Source of the DNA: Nitrospinales bacterium | GTDB lineage: Bacteria > Nitrospinota > Nitrospinia > Nitrospinales > VA-1 | Reading direction: 5' to 3' | Length of the DNA stretch: 64,000 bases | Assembly (NCBI GenBank): GCA_965223795.1 | Contig: CBDCXL010000002.1 | Location: 3,008,001 to 3,072,000 of the forward strand | Shown: one piece after another, positions 1 through 12,287 of the stretch | Layout: the number at the start of each line of letters is the position of its first letter | Position numbering within the stretch: the first letter of the stretch is position 1 | The notes under the pieces: model-generated | The model's input: only the letters and a program-made list of their open reading frames with translations | The model's database searches: none | Told to the model about the DNA's origin: nothing | Program-made: the position numbers and the translations under genes

Positions 1-339
1 GGCGCGGCAGACGGTTTCGATGGAATCGGCGATCACCTCGCGGCTGACGAGGGAGCATTTCATGCCCTCGGTGCCCATCGAGATCCCGTCGCTGACGGTG
101 ATGGTGCCGAACATCTGCGGCATGCCGCCGCGGTCGCGGATCGTGGCGGTGGCGACGTCGGCCAGTTTGCCGAGCCCGGCGTTGCAGGGGGTCACGTCGC
201 TCTGCCCGTTGGCGACGCCGATGATGGGTTTGTCGAAGTCGCTGTCGGTGAAGCCCACGGCGCGCAGCATGGCGCGGTTGGGCGCGCGTTTGCTGCCCTG
301 GGTGACGACGCGGCTTTTGCGGTTGAGTTTTTCGGTCAT
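1..339 (-). CDS. ilvD: Dihydroxy-acid dehydratase, N-terminal part (runs off window start)
   Basis: Manual translation from ATG at 339: [53 protein letters not shown]...[26 protein letters not shown], which carries the IlvD signature motifs. Absent from the ORF track because it is truncated. Confidence 0.95.
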   Translation of the reverse strand, partial: MTEKLNRKSRVVTQGSKRAPNRAMLRAVGFTDSDFDKPIIGVANGQSDVTPCNAGLGKLADVATATIRDRGGMPQMFGTITVSDGISMGTEGMKCSLVSREVIADSIETVCRA

Positions 340-421
340 GATCGTTTTATGGGTTGGATTGAAAGTTCAGGACCCTAAATATTACCTCACGTTGCGGGAT
401 ATGAACATCCTTTTTTGGGCC

Positions 422-2062
422 TCAGTGCGCGACTTTGTGCAGCGCGGGCTCGGCGATGTAGCCGGAAGTGTCTTTCGGATGGACGATGGCGTAGTAGCAG
501 GGCGCGTCCGAGGCGGTCATCCGGGCGGTGGAGCCGGCGATCTCGATTTCGTGGTGGAAGACGACGCAGGGGGTGGCGTTGTCCCCGTCCCAGGTTTTGC
601 CGGGAGGGTTGGCCGGTCGGGCAGCGTGGTTTTTGAGAAAGCCCGGCAGGTGGTGCACGCGCTGGGCAAAAAGATAATCCAGTTTCAATAGATCCGAGCC
701 GAGCGGATCGTCCGCAAGCTCAAAGGCGTCATAGAAGATCCGGTACTGACTATCGAGGGAATGCGGCCGCAGCAGCAGATCCTGGTTTTCCATGTATTCG
801 AACAGGCGGTGGAACACGCGCGCCGGTGCCTGCGCCGCGAGCAGGCGGTCCAGGGAAAAGCGGAAGCGTTTGGAATTATAGAAAAGATCGAACACCTCGG
901 CGAAGTGTTTGAGGTACAGCAGCTGTCCGGCAGTACAGTCGCGGTTGGAGATCATCTCGTAAGGCGGCGTCGATTGAAACTCGTAGCGGTGCGATTCGAT
1001 TTTATCGCGGATGGGCGCGCCGGGGAGAAACTTCAAAAAGCCGAGCTGCAGCTCGTGCGGCCGAAGCCTGACGACCTCCTCGAAGGATTTAAGCATCCGC
1101 TCCGGCGTTTCGCCCGGCAGCCCGAAGATCAAATCGCAGTGAAAGTGGATGCGGTTCTGGCGCACCAGCCGCTCGATCGCGGCGAACAGTTTTTCGTTGT
1201 TCTGGCGGCGCTCGATGGTGCTTTGGGTTTCGGGGTCGGTGGTCTGGATGCCGATCTCGAACTGGAACATGCCGGGACGGACGGTTTCGAGAAAATCCAG
1301 CAGGTCCGGTGTCAGGATGTCGCCGACGATCTCGAAATGAAACGACGCGCCTTCGTGCCTCTCCAGCCGTCGCATCAGGGTTTTCATCCTGCGGGGGTTG
1401 AGGTTGAAGGTGCGGTCCACGAACTTGATCCGACGCACTCCGGATTGGACCAGCCGCTCGATCTGGCCGTGCATCGCTTCGTCGTCGAAGTAGCGCACTT
1501 TTTTATCGAGCGCCGACAGGCAGAACGAGCACAGGTAGGGGCAGCCGCGCGAGGTCTCCAGATAGGCGATGCGGTTTTTCAGCTGCGGCCAGTCTTCCTC
1601 GATGTAAGGCGGATCGAGTTGCGGCAGGTCGGTGCCGTAGGTGTTCCAGCGCGTGCGCGTTTCCGCCGACGGCGTTTCGCCCCTTTGGACGTGTTTGAGA
1701 TAGTCCACCCACTTTGTTTCGCCTTCGCCCGCGAGGACCGTGTAGCCGTCCGGGAATTCCGTCTCGAAGGAGACTTCCGGTCCGCCGACGGCGATCTTCA
1801 ATTCCGGGTTCTGCTTTTTGAGCCGTTCGATCAACTCGAAACTCTGGGCGCGGTTCCAGATGTAGACGCTGATCCCCAGAACGTCCGGCTTGTGTTTGAG
1901 GATCTGCGCGGCGGTCTTCCAGACGGGTTGCTGGATGACGTGCTCCTGGATCCAGGTGTCGGCGAACCCCGCCCGGCGCGCGGCGTTTCTGAGGTAGCGG
2001 ATGCTGAGCGAGGAGTGGATGAATTTGGCGTTCAGGGTGACGAGCCCGACCGAAAGAGCCAT
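422..2062 (-). CDS. B12-binding domain radical SAM protein (C-terminal DUF4080-like)
   Basis: Likely start MALSVGLVTLNAKFIHSS at 2062. N-terminal cobalamin-binding-like region (GISVYIWN, GGPEVS) and the CxxxCxxC motif RGCPYLCSFC. Confidence 0.85.
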   Translation of the reverse strand: MALSVGLVTLNAKFIHSSLSIRYLRNAARRAGFADTWIQEHVIQQPVWKTAAQILKHKPDVLGISVYIWNRAQSFELIERLKKQNPELKIAVGGPEVSFETEFPDGYTVLAGEGETKWVDYLKHVQRGETPSAETRTRWNTYGTDLPQLDPPYIEEDWPQLKNRIAYLETSRGCPYLCSFCLSALDKKVRYFDDEAMHGQIERLVQSGVRRIKFVDRTFNLNPRRMKTLMRRLERHEGASFHFEIVGDILTPDLLDFLETVRPGMFQFEIGIQTTDPETQSTIERRQNNEKLFAAIERLVRQNRIHFHCDLIFGLPGETPERMLKSFEEVVRLRPHELQLGFLKFLPGAPIRDKIESHRYEFQSTPPYEMISNRDCTAGQLLYLKHFAEVFDLFYNSKRFRFSLDRLLAAQAPARVFHRLFEYMENQDLLLRPHSLDSQYRIFYDAFELADDPLGSDLLKLDYLFAQRVHHLPGFLKNHAARPANPPGKTWDGDNATPCVVFHHEIEIAGSTARMTASDAPCYYAIVHPKDTSGYIAEPALHKVAH

Positions 2063-2130
2063 GAGTTTTGGTGGCGGCGGTTTATAGATATTTTTGCCCG
2101 TTATGATAGCAGGGGCGGTGCGCGAAAAAG

Positions 2131-2949
2131 CTATTTTTTCTGGCAGACCGCGCAGTAGAACGTGGAGCGGCCGTAATGGACCGCGCGGGCGATGGGCGCT
2201 GTGCAGGCGGGGCAGGGCGCGCCTTCTTTTCCGTACACCGAAAGCGCGACGGCGTAGTAACCTGGCGTGCCGTCGGTGGTGAAAAAATCCCGCAGCGTGG
2301 TGCCGCCGGAAGCGATGCTGTTGGTCAGCGCTTCGCGCAGCGAGGCGAGCAGCCGGTCCCAGTCGGCGAGGGTGAGCCTGCCGGCCTTGCGCCACGGTTT
2401 GATGCGCGCCAGAAACAGCGATTCGCAGGCGTAGATGTTGCCGACGCCGACCAGGCGTTTCGCATCCATGAGAAAGGATTTTACCGGCGCCTTGCAGTTT
2501 CGCGCCAGGGTTTTCAGCGCCTCGGGCGTGGTTGCATCATCGAGCGGATCGAGCCCGAGGCCGTTCAGCAGCTTGTGTCCCTGTGCTTTCGGCGCCCAGA
2601 CGATGCAGCCGAAACGGCGCGGATCGATGAAATGCAGGTGCGTTCCCGGCCCGAACTGAAACGCCGCGTGGGTGTGTTTTTCCACCGGCTCCATGGACGG
2701 GTGCTGGATGACGCGGCCGCTCATGCCCAGGTGCCACACCATCGCCCCGTTTCGGGTGTGCAAGAGCAGGTACTTGCCCCGGCGGGTGATGTCGATTACG
2801 GTCTGCCCGTCCAGTTCGCGGCTCAGCGTTTCCGCGGGGATGGGAAAGCGGATGTCGCCGCGGAAAAACCGGACCTGGGTGCAGGTTTTGTTGCGGACGA
2901 CGGGCAGCAGCGCGCGTCTCAAGGTTTCCACTTCCGGAAGCTCAGGCAT
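2131..2949 (-). CDS. mutM: Formamidopyrimidine-DNA glycosylase
   Basis: N-terminal MPELPEVE, HLGMSG, GVGNIYA, C-terminal zinc finger CPAC...CAVCQ. Confidence 0.97.
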   Translation of the reverse strand: MPELPEVETLRRALLPVVRNKTCTQVRFFRGDIRFPIPAETLSRELDGQTVIDITRRGKYLLLHTRNGAMVWHLGMSGRVIQHPSMEPVEKHTHAAFQFGPGTHLHFIDPRRFGCIVWAPKAQGHKLLNGLGLDPLDDATTPEALKTLARNCKAPVKSFLMDAKRLVGVGNIYACESLFLARIKPWRKAGRLTLADWDRLLASLREALTNSIASGGTTLRDFFTTDGTPGYYAVALSVYGKEGAPCPACTAPIARAVHYGRSTFYCAVCQKK

Positions 2950-3052
2950 CGCGGGCGGGCGGCGTTTTAAGACATGCCGAAAGGGGTTTGTGCTGCGGCC
3001 TTAAATTTCGACTTCAGGTAGCTTTTGCATCGCGCGGGGGCGGCTTGCGGTG

Positions 3053-3727
3053 TCATTCCGGGGCGGGTTCCGGCGGGGCGGCGCCGTTTTCCCCGGCTTC
3101 GGGGGAGTCGTTCGCATCTTTCGTGTCATTGCCGCCTGCGGGGGCTTTGGAGATCACCACCTTGGAGGGGCGCAGGATGCGGCCGTTCAGGTGGTAGCCC
3201 TTGGCGTATTCTTCGGTCACCGTGTTTTCGTCGTGGTCTTCGGACTCGACCTGACATAAAACCTCGTGCCGGGAAGGGTCGAAGGGTTTTCCCACCGCTT
3301 CGATCGACTCCACATTCTGCTTTTCCAGCAGCGCGTCGAACTGCTTGAGGGTCATGGCCACGCCTTCTTTCAGGGTGTCGACCTGGGGATTCTCGACAGA
3401 GAGGGCGCGCTCCAGGTTGTCCTTGACGGTGAGAAGCTCTTTGAGCAGCTTTTCATTGGCGAACTGGATGGAATCCGCCTTTTCCTTCTGCAGGCGTTTT
3501 TTGTAGTTTTCGGTGTCGGCCTTGACACGCAGTGTTTCGTTGCGCAGTTCGGCAAGCTCTTCCGTTTTTTCGTCCAGTTGCTCTTTCAGAATATCGAGAG
3601 GGTCCTTGAGCGGCTCGTCCGGATCGATTTCGTTCTCCGGGATATCCGCATTGTCGGCGCTGCCGTTGGTTTCTTCGCCGGTGGCCTCTTCGGGCATTTC
3701 TTCGGTGTTTTCGATGGAGTCTTTCAA
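3053..3727 (-). CDS. grpE: Nucleotide exchange factor GrpE
   Basis: ADTENYKKR, FDPSRHEV, KGYHLNGRILRPSKV motifs; TTG start; directly after hrcA. Confidence 0.95.
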   Translation of the reverse strand: MKDSIENTEEMPEEATGEETNGSADNADIPENEIDPDEPLKDPLDILKEQLDEKTEELAELRNETLRVKADTENYKKRLQKEKADSIQFANEKLLKELLTVKDNLERALSVENPQVDTLKEGVAMTLKQFDALLEKQNVESIEAVGKPFDPSRHEVLCQVESEDHDENTVTEEYAKGYHLNGRILRPSKVVISKAPAGGNDTKDANDSPEAGENGAAPPEPAPE

Positions 3728-3732
3728 GGCGG

Positions 3733-4779
3733 TTATTTATCCTTCGAGATCAAAGTGGAGACCGACTTGGCGGTCTGGTTGACGATCGCTATGATTTTTT
3801 TATAGTCCATGCGCTTGGGACCGAAAACGGCGACGGTGCCGAGTTTTTCGTCCCCTTTGCTGTAATTCTGGGCGATCAGGCTGCAGCCCTGCATCTCTTC
3901 GTTGCTGTTTTCCTCGCCGATGAGGATCGTCATGCCGTCGTGCTTGAGGCAGAGATCGAGCAGCTGAACCAGCTTGGTTTTGTCCTCCAGCGTTTTGAGC
4001 AGGACCTTGATCTGATCCAGATCGGTGGTGAATTCCGGATGGTCGAGAAGGTTCATCGCACCCTGCACCAGCAGCGAGCCTTCTTCCTCCTCGGCAAAGA
4101 TCCGGTTCGAAAGATCCATCGCTTTTTTCATCAGCTGGTTGTAATGTTCGCGTTCGTGCTTCAGCCGGTGCAGCAGTTCGGCGCGGATCGACTGGATCGA
4201 TTTGCCGGTGAATTCCTCGTTGAGGAAATGGGAAATCGAGGTCAGCTGATCCTGGCTCATCGCCTTTTCGATGGGAATGATCTTGTTCTGCAGCACGCCC
4301 ATTTCCGAGTAAAAGACCGCAAGGGCTTTGTCCGCATCGACTTTGATGAACTCGATGTGCTTGAAAATGGTGTTCTGGAACGACGGCAGCATGACGAGGC
4401 CGGTCTGATGCGAGCTTTGCGAAAGATCGGAGCAGGCGTTTTCCAGCACTTTCTGCAGATTGCGGTCGCTGGGGACGCCGCGGAGCGCTTCGGTCAACGC
4501 CTCGGCATCCTTGAGAAAATGCCGGGGAGCGAGCAGCGTGTCCACGTAAAACCGGTAGCCCTGGTCGGTGGGCACCCTTCCGGCGGAGGTGTGGGGCTGG
4601 TGCAGGTAGCCCAGTTCCTCCAGATCCGCCATCACGTTGCGGATCGTGGCGGGGCTCAGCTTCTCGGAGTGCTTTTTGGCGACGCTGCGCGAGCCCACCG
4701 GTTCGGCTTTCTGGATGTAGTCGTTGACCACTTCCAAAAGGATGGATTTTTTGCGTTCGTCTAGCTGAAATGCGTCCAT
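3733..4779 (-). CDS. hrcA: Heat-inducible transcription repressor HrcA
   Basis: EPVGSRSV, SPATIRNVMADLEELGYLHQPHTSAGRVPTDQGYRFYVD, GPKRMDY. Confidence 0.97.
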   Translation of the reverse strand: MDAFQLDERKKSILLEVVNDYIQKAEPVGSRSVAKKHSEKLSPATIRNVMADLEELGYLHQPHTSAGRVPTDQGYRFYVDTLLAPRHFLKDAEALTEALRGVPSDRNLQKVLENACSDLSQSSHQTGLVMLPSFQNTIFKHIEFIKVDADKALAVFYSEMGVLQNKIIPIEKAMSQDQLTSISHFLNEEFTGKSIQSIRAELLHRLKHEREHYNQLMKKAMDLSNRIFAEEEEGSLLVQGAMNLLDHPEFTTDLDQIKVLLKTLEDKTKLVQLLDLCLKHDGMTILIGEENSNEEMQGCSLIAQNYSKGDEKLGTVAVFGPKRMDYKKIIAIVNQTAKSVSTLISKDK

Positions 4780-5076
4780 TGGGGGTCCGGGCCGTTGCGG
4801 GCGGGCTAACCTTCTGTTTTACATAACTTATCAGTCCATCCGCCGGTTGTCAATCGCGGGACGGGCAGGCGCATTTTTTCAAACCCTTGTGAATCCGGGT
4901 TTTTAAACGAAAGGATGAAAATCGCGGATTGCGGGCGGCGCAGGTGCGGTTCAATACTGGTGGGGCGAACCCTCGAAAACGTTCGCGGTTTGAGAGGAAA
5001 ACGGGCGCCGCCGGGAACGGTCCGGTACGGCGCCCGATATGGATGGTTTCCTGGGTCAGCGGTTCAGCCTGTCCGG

Positions 5077-7215
5077 TCAGGTTGACTTTGTTCCCGCCGG
5101 TTTGCCGGAATCGTCCATTTTGAACTGGCTGACGATCGTCTGCAGATCCGTGGCCATTTTCGAAAGTTCGGAAGCGGCCTTCTGCGAGTCGGAGGCGCCC
5201 TGGGTGGTGCACTGGGCGGCCTCGGCGACGCCGGTGATGTTCTGCGCGATCTCCTGGGTGCCCTTGGCGGCTTCGGTGACATTGCGGCCGATCTCGGACG
5301 TGGTGGCGGACTGTTCTTCCACCGCGCTGGCGATCGTGTTGGAGATGTCGTTGATCTGGTTGATGATCATGGTGATCTCACCGATCGCATCGACCGAGCT
5401 TTTGGTGTCCTCCTGAATCGCCTCGATCTTCTGGCTGATGTCCTCGGTGGCCTTGGCCGTCTGGTTGGCCAGCTCTTTCACCTCGTTGGCGACCACCGCG
5501 AAGCCTTTGCCGGCCTCCCCGGCGCGCGCCGCCTCGATGGTGGCGTTCAGAGCCAGGAGGTTGGTCTGCTCCGCGATGGAGGTGATGACTTTGATCACCT
5601 GGCCGATCTCGGCGCTGCTGTCTCCCAGCTTGGACACCGTGGCGTTGGTCTTCTCCGCCATTTCCACGGCGGACCGGGCGACCTTGGCCGCCTGCGTGGA
5701 GTTCTGCGCGATCTCCTTGATGCTGGCGCTCATCTCCTCGGAGCCGGTGGCCACGGTTTCCACGTTCTTGCTCACTTCCTCGGAAGCGGCGGCGACCACA
5801 TTGGCCTGGGCGGAGGTCTCCTCGGCATTGCCCGCCAGCTGCTGGCTGACGGCGGTCAGTTCTTCCGAGGATGAAGCCAGCGTGGTGGCGTTGTTGCCGA
5901 TGAGCTGCAAATTCTGTTTCAGGTGGTTCAGAAAATTGCCCAACGCTTCACTGATTTTCCCCAGATCGTCCGACCCCGTTATATCCAGGTCCTGGGTCAG
6001 GTCACCCTTGGCGGCTTTGGTCACCACGTTCATGATTTTGGAAACCTTGAACACCTTGTCGGTGATGTCGCTGGCGAATTTGACGACTTTGAAAGGCTTG
6101 CCGCTCATGTCGAAGATGGGGTTGTAGCTGGCCTGAATCCAGATCTCCCTGCCGTTTTTGCCGAAGCGCTTGTATTCGCCGGAGTCGAATTCGCCGCGGT
6201 TGAGCTTTTCCCAGAACTCCCGGTACTCCGCGCTGTTGGCGTACTCCGGCTCGCAGAACATGCGGTGGTGCTGGCCTTTGATCTCGTTGAGTGAGTAGCC
6301 CACGGCGTTGAGGAAGTTTTCGTTGGCGTTGACGATGGTGCCGTCGAGGTTGAAAGAAATGACCGCCTGGGATTTGCCGATCGCGGCGATCTGGCCTTCG
6401 TACTCCGCGTTGCGCAGTTTCTGTTCGGTGATGTCGCTGGCGAATTTGACGACCTTGAAAGGCTTGCCGTTCATGTCGAAGACGGGGTTGTAGGTGGCCT
6501 GGATCCAGATCTCCCTGCCATTTTTGCCGAGGCGCTTGTATTCGCCGGAGTCGAATTCGCCGCGGTTGAGCTTTTCCCAGAACTCCCGGTACTCCGCGCT
6601 GTTGGCGTACTCCGGCTCGCAGAACATGCGGTGGTGCTGGCCCTTGATCTCGTTGAGTGAGTAGCCCACGGCGTTGAGGAAGTTTTCGTTGGCGTTGATG
6701 ATCGTGCCGTCGAGGTTGAAGGAAATGACCGCCTGGGATTTGCCGATCGCGGCGATCTGGCCTTCATCCTCCAGGCTCCTGAGTTTTTGCTGCGTGACGT
6801 CCTGCGCGAGTTTGATGACCCGGATGACCCTGCCGGACGTGTTGAGCACCGGCATGTAGGAAGCGCTCAGCCAGATCGGTTCCCCGCTTTTCTTGACGCG
6901 CTTGAATTGACGGACCTGGCTTCGGCCCATGCCCAGCTCGGCCCAGAAATTGCGGTAATCCTGACTGTCGGCGGTTTCTTTGTCACAAAACATCCTGTGA
7001 TGCTGGCCTTTGATCTCATTGAGGCTGTAGCCCATGGTTTGAGTAAAATTTTCATTGGCGGTGAGGATGGTGCCGTGGGGATCGAATTCGATGACCGCCA
7101 GCGCATTGTTTATGGCATCGAATTTACTTTGCAGGTGATTCCCGTTGAGATCGCTTTTCCTGAAGATTTTAAACAGACTCAAACCGCTTGAAGTGGATTC
7201 CTGTGTGGCTGGCAT
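5077..7215 (-). CDS. Soluble methyl-accepting chemotaxis protein with three PAS domains (BdlA/Aer-like)
   Basis: Three PAS repeats (ANENF...GQHHRMFC...FW), MCP signalling motif [37 protein letters not shown], no transmembrane segment. Confidence 0.93.
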   Translation of the reverse strand: MPATQESTSSGLSLFKIFRKSDLNGNHLQSKFDAINNALAVIEFDPHGTILTANENFTQTMGYSLNEIKGQHHRMFCDKETADSQDYRNFWAELGMGRSQVRQFKRVKKSGEPIWLSASYMPVLNTSGRVIRVIKLAQDVTQQKLRSLEDEGQIAAIGKSQAVISFNLDGTIINANENFLNAVGYSLNEIKGQHHRMFCEPEYANSAEYREFWEKLNRGEFDSGEYKRLGKNGREIWIQATYNPVFDMNGKPFKVVKFASDITEQKLRNAEYEGQIAAIGKSQAVISFNLDGTIVNANENFLNAVGYSLNEIKGQHHRMFCEPEYANSAEYREFWEKLNRGEFDSGEYKRFGKNGREIWIQASYNPIFDMSGKPFKVVKFASDITDKVFKVSKIMNVVTKAAKGDLTQDLDITGSDDLGKISEALGNFLNHLKQNLQLIGNNATTLASSSEELTAVSQQLAGNAEETSAQANVVAAASEEVSKNVETVATGSEEMSASIKEIAQNSTQAAKVARSAVEMAEKTNATVSKLGDSSAEIGQVIKVITSIAEQTNLLALNATIEAARAGEAGKGFAVVANEVKELANQTAKATEDISQKIEAIQEDTKSSVDAIGEITMIINQINDISNTIASAVEEQSATTSEIGRNVTEAAKGTQEIAQNITGVAEAAQCTTQGASDSQKAASELSKMATDLQTIVSQFKMDDSGKPAGTKST
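6059..6765. repeat. Intragenic tandem duplication, 366-bp period (PAS2/PAS3 of the MCP)
   Basis: tcggtgatgtcgctggcgaatttgacgac... starts at 6059 and again at 6425; the two ~340-bp copies are nearly identical at DNA level. Confidence 0.95.
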
Positions 7216-7684
7216 TGCAATGCTCCATGAAGTTAAAGCCGGGTGTCGGGCCTGGGGCGCTTTCGATGATCAGAGGGCGGATCGGAGAATTGGGGAACAG
7301 ATTGCACTCTCCATGCATCCGCTCGAATTGCGCAGCATGAATTTTACTTTATGAATCAATGTAATTTTTAATGGCAAAAAAAGGAAGTTCTGAAGTTTCC
7401 GGTATTAGGGATGTAAGTGCTCAAAAATCATAATATTACTGAACTATGGTGATACTGAATATATTTAAAGTCAATCTAAATTTTTTAAATTTCAATAAAA
7501 CCCAATTGAATTAACTGAACTTAATCATGGAGAGACAGCTCGGACTTCGGGTTGTGTGAGATTCGGAATGCAAATTCTGAAAGAATATGGGCATTTAGGG
7601 GATACGCGTGAAACGGGAAGTCCATATTTTTTCCTACAATCGGCATAGGAAAAACAAGGGAGCGGGCAATCAGGAGTGGTGCGG

Positions 7685-8569
7685 TCACTTCTCCACGATC
7701 TGGGTGCCGATGCCTTTTTCGGTGAAGATTTCCAGGATCAGCGAGTGCTTGACGCGCCCGTCGATGATGTGGGTTTTGTGCACGCCTTTTTTCAGCGCGT
7801 CCAGGCAGCAGTTGACCTTGGGCAGCATTCCGTCCTTGATCACGCCGGATTGGATCATCTGCCGGGCTTTGCGGCGGGTCAGCCCGGAAACGAGGGCCCT
7901 GGTTTTGTCCAGCACGCCGGGGGTGTCGGTCATCAGGATCAGCTTTTCCGCTTTCAGGGCCGAGGCGATCTCCGCGGCGACGAAATCGGCGTTGATGTTC
8001 AGCGTCTCCTGTTTTTCCCCTTTGCCGATCGGGGCGATGACCGGGATGAACTCGTTGGCGTCCAGCACTTCCAGGATGCGGGGGTTCACGTTGGTGATCT
8101 CGCCGACCAGCCCCAGGTCGATAATTTCCGGCCGGTCGGTCTCGGGGGACTGTTTCAGCTTGCGGTGGCGCCTGGCCTGAATCAGCTCGCCGTCCTTGCC
8201 GGTGATGCCGACGGCGTTGCCGCCCTGGCGGTTGATGAGGGAGACGATCTCCTTGTTCACCTTGCCGCCGAGCACCATTTCCACCACGTCGAGGGTTTTC
8301 TCGTCGGTCACCCGCTGGCCGCCGACGAAGTGGGAGGGAATGCCGAGCGCGTCGAGCGTGTCGCCGATCTGCGGGCCGCCGCCGTGCACGATGACGGGAT
8401 TGATGCCGACGTATTTCATCAGCACGATGTCGAGGGCGAAGTTTTCCTTCAGGTCCTTGGAGACCATCGCGTTGCCGCCGTACTTGATCACGATGGTCTT
8501 GTCGTAGAACAGCTTGATGAAGGGCAGGGCTTCGAGAAGGATTTCCGCTTTCTGGATGCTTTTTTTCAT
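7685..8569 (-). CDS. argB: Acetylglutamate kinase
   Basis: VIKYGGNAM, IVHGGGPQI, LNINADFVA, GMLPKV motifs. Confidence 0.97.
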   Translation of the reverse strand: MKKSIQKAEILLEALPFIKLFYDKTIVIKYGGNAMVSKDLKENFALDIVLMKYVGINPVIVHGGGPQIGDTLDALGIPSHFVGGQRVTDEKTLDVVEMVLGGKVNKEIVSLINRQGGNAVGITGKDGELIQARRHRKLKQSPETDRPEIIDLGLVGEITNVNPRILEVLDANEFIPVIAPIGKGEKQETLNINADFVAAEIASALKAEKLILMTDTPGVLDKTRALVSGLTRRKARQMIQSGVIKDGMLPKVNCCLDALKKGVHKTHIIDGRVKHSLILEIFTEKGIGTQIVEK

Positions 8570-8596
8570 TCCGCGTTCACGCTGGGGGAAGCTGCA

Positions 8597-10003
<1,407 letters not shown>

Positions 10004-10007
10004 GAGA

Positions 10008-10535
10008 CTACAACTCCTCGATGGTGATGTTTGAATTGGTGTAAATGCAGATCGACTGGGCGACGTCCATCGCCTCCTCGACGATGCGGCGGGCGTCCAG
10101 GTCCGAATGCTTGAGCAGCGATTTCGCCGCTGCCAGCGCGAACATGCCGCCGGAACCGATGGCGAGAATGCCGTCGTCGGGCTCGATCACGTCGCCGGTT
10201 CCGGAAACCAAAAGGGAATGGTCCTTGTCCGCGACGATGAGCATGGCTTCCAGCCGGCGCAGCAGTTTGTCGGTGCGCCAGTCCTTGGCGAGCTCGACGG
10301 CGGAGCGGGGCAGGTTGCCCTGAAACTTTTCCAGCTTTTCCTCGAAACGCGCGAACAGGGAAAAGGCGTCGGCGGTCGATCCGGCGAACCCGCCGATGAC
10401 CTTGTCCTGGTGCATTTTCCGTACTTTACTGGCTTTGTGCTTCATGACCGTGTTGCCGAGCGAAACCTGCCCGTCGCCGCCCATGGCGATTTTGCCTTTG
10501 TGTCTCACGGATAGAATGGTGGTTGCGTGCATCAT
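10008..10535 (-). CDS. hslV: ATP-dependent protease peptidase subunit HslV
   Basis: ATTILSVR (catalytic Thr), [23 protein letters not shown]. Confidence 0.98.
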   Translation of the reverse strand: MMHATTILSVRHKGKIAMGGDGQVSLGNTVMKHKASKVRKMHQDKVIGGFAGSTADAFSLFARFEEKLEKFQGNLPRSAVELAKDWRTDKLLRRLEAMLIVADKDHSLLVSGTGDVIEPDDGILAIGSGGMFALAAAKSLLKHSDLDARRIVEEAMDVAQSICIYTNSNITIEEL

Positions 10536-10595
10536 GAATTTTCAGATCTTTCCGGTAGAGGTCGTGATTGTTATCAGAATCCCGGGGAATCCGGC

Positions 10596-11519
10596 TCAGT
10601 CTTTTCGCTCGGGCAGAGCCCTGGGGTGCGCTTTGTCGTAGGTTTCCGTCAGCCGGTCGATGGTCAAATGCGTGTATTTCTGGGTGGTGGATAAACTCGC
10701 GTGTCCGAGCATTTCCTGGATGGACCTCAGGTCGGCTCCGGCGTCCAGCATGTGGGTCGCGAAGGAATGTCTCAAGGAATGCGGAGAGATTCCGCCCGGA
10801 AACGGGTGCTGCCTGACGTATTTGTCGACGATCTTGCGGACACCGCGGTCGGTGATCGCCCCACCGCGCAGATTCAGAAACACAAAGTCTCCGGAGCGCG
10901 GCCGTTTCGCCAGAGTCCCGCGGATCTCAAGATAGGCCCGCATCGCTTTAAGGGCTTTTTTGCCCATCGGCACCATCCGCTCCTTGTTCCCTTTACCCAA
11001 TACCTTAACCATTCGCTCGTTGAGGTGCAAGTCCTTCATGCGCAGCCCGACCAGTTCGCCGATGCGAATTCCGGAGCTGTAGAACAGCTCCAGGATGGCG
11101 CGGTCGCGGATGCCGCCGGGGGTTTCGGGTTCGGGCAGCTTCAGCAGCCGGAACACGTCGTCGACCGACAGGTACGCAGGCAGTTTTTTCGCTTTGCGCG
11201 GCGACGGAATCGCCCTGGCGATGTTGACGGCCATTTTCCCTTCGCGGCAGAGAAACTTGCAGAAGGAGCGCAGTGTGGACAGCTTGCGGGCCACGGTGGA
11301 CGCGCTGTGCGAGCGGGTGTAGAGATGGCTCACAAAAGACCGGATCGCGAGCCCGTCGATCCGCTCAACCTCGATATTGCCGCTGCGGACGGCATGGCCG
11401 GATTCTTTCAGAAACGCCTCGAACTGGCCGAGGTCCAGCAGGTAATTCGTCACGGTGTGGCGGGATGCGTTTTTCTCCGCAATCAGGTATGATTGGAACG
11501 CCTGAATGTCCTTTTCCAA
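10596..11519 (-). CDS. xerC: Tyrosine recombinase XerC
   Basis: RDRAILELFYSSGIR, GKGNKERMVP, SPHSLRHSFATHML, LGHASLSTTQKY; xerC-hslVU synteny. Confidence 0.92.
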   Translation of the reverse strand: MEKDIQAFQSYLIAEKNASRHTVTNYLLDLGQFEAFLKESGHAVRSGNIEVERIDGLAIRSFVSHLYTRSHSASTVARKLSTLRSFCKFLCREGKMAVNIARAIPSPRKAKKLPAYLSVDDVFRLLKLPEPETPGGIRDRAILELFYSSGIRIGELVGLRMKDLHLNERMVKVLGKGNKERMVPMGKKALKAMRAYLEIRGTLAKRPRSGDFVFLNLRGGAITDRGVRKIVDKYVRQHPFPGGISPHSLRHSFATHMLDAGADLRSIQEMLGHASLSTTQKYTHLTIDRLTETYDKAHPRALPERKD

Positions 11520-11702
11520 GGAGAAACTCCTTTTATATCAATATTGTCAATCTAACTGACTGGCTGGGCGAAGTCAAGGCGCGCCGCCGCCGATTGTGAC
11601 CGGCGCGCGGCCCCGGTGCGGGGCGGCGATGATTTTTTGCAATTTATCGGCGGCGGCGACATCCTAACCCAAAAGCCTACTCACTCAAAAGGAATCCGTC
11701 AT

Positions 11703-12272
11703 ATGGCCGTTCAAGACCCGAAGGACGATTGGGAAGGGCAGATCAATCAGGCGCGCGAGCATTTCAAGGTCATCACCGAATTGCGCCAGAAGCTGGAAAT
11801 CCTGATCGAGCATGTGGATTCGCGCAAGGAAGCCCTGGAAGAGGAAATCGAGGAGAGCCTGCACGAGGCCATCCGCAACAGCCGCGACTGCCTGGAAAAA
11901 ATCCAGGAGAACGTCGAACCCAAGCTTGAGAAGGTGATCCGGGAAAAGCTTGCGGAAATCGACATCAAGATGAACGTCTGGAAGGAGGAGGGGCTGCTTG
12001 CGGTGCGGGAGGAGCTGAAAAAAGAAACCCCCGCGATCACCAAAACCGTGCTCGCCGAGCTGGAAACTATCATCGTGGAAAAGACGAAAGCGGCGCAGGT
12101 GCAGCTTGCATCCACCCTCAAGGAAGAGGTGCGCCCGGAATTCGACGCCGCGCTGGCGAAGCAGCGCGAAAGCCTGGGCGAGGAAATTTCGCGCAGCGGC
12201 AAACTGACGATCTTCTCTCTGCTTCTATCCTCTTTGGCGCTGGCGGCGGTGGCGATGCTTCTGCTGCGTTGA
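11703..12272 (+). CDS. Hypothetical coiled-coil protein with C-terminal transmembrane anchor
   Basis: E/K/L-rich helical sequence ending in LTIFSLLLSSLALAAVAMLLLR; AAAGGA upstream of ATG 11703. Confidence 0.7.
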   Translation: MAVQDPKDDWEGQINQAREHFKVITELRQKLEILIEHVDSRKEALEEEIEESLHEAIRNSRDCLEKIQENVEPKLEKVIREKLAEIDIKMNVWKEEGLLAVREELKKETPAITKTVLAELETIIVEKTKAAQVQLASTLKEEVRPEFDAALAKQRESLGEEISRSGKLTIFSLLLSSLALAAVAMLLLR

Positions 12273-12287
12273 TGAAGATAACGGTCT

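Noticed and set aside
2063..2395. N-terminal extension of the 657-aa radical SAM ORF
   Set aside because: Overlaps mutM in another frame and is low-complexity; family-like sequence starts at ATG 2062.
4780..5076. CIRCE operator upstream of hrcA
   Set aside because: No match to TTAGCACTC-N9-GAGTGCTAA found by eye on either strand.
7216..7684. AT-rich stretch as a foreign insertion, sigma28 promoter or c-di-GMP riboswitch
   Set aside because: Short and most simply the MCP regulatory region; no convincing TAAA-N15-GCCGATAA or GEMM motif seen.
10596..11519. Tyrosine recombinase as a possible prophage or island integrase
   Set aside because: Size, motifs and xerC-hslV-hslU synteny fit housekeeping XerC; no att repeats, tRNA or phage genes nearby.
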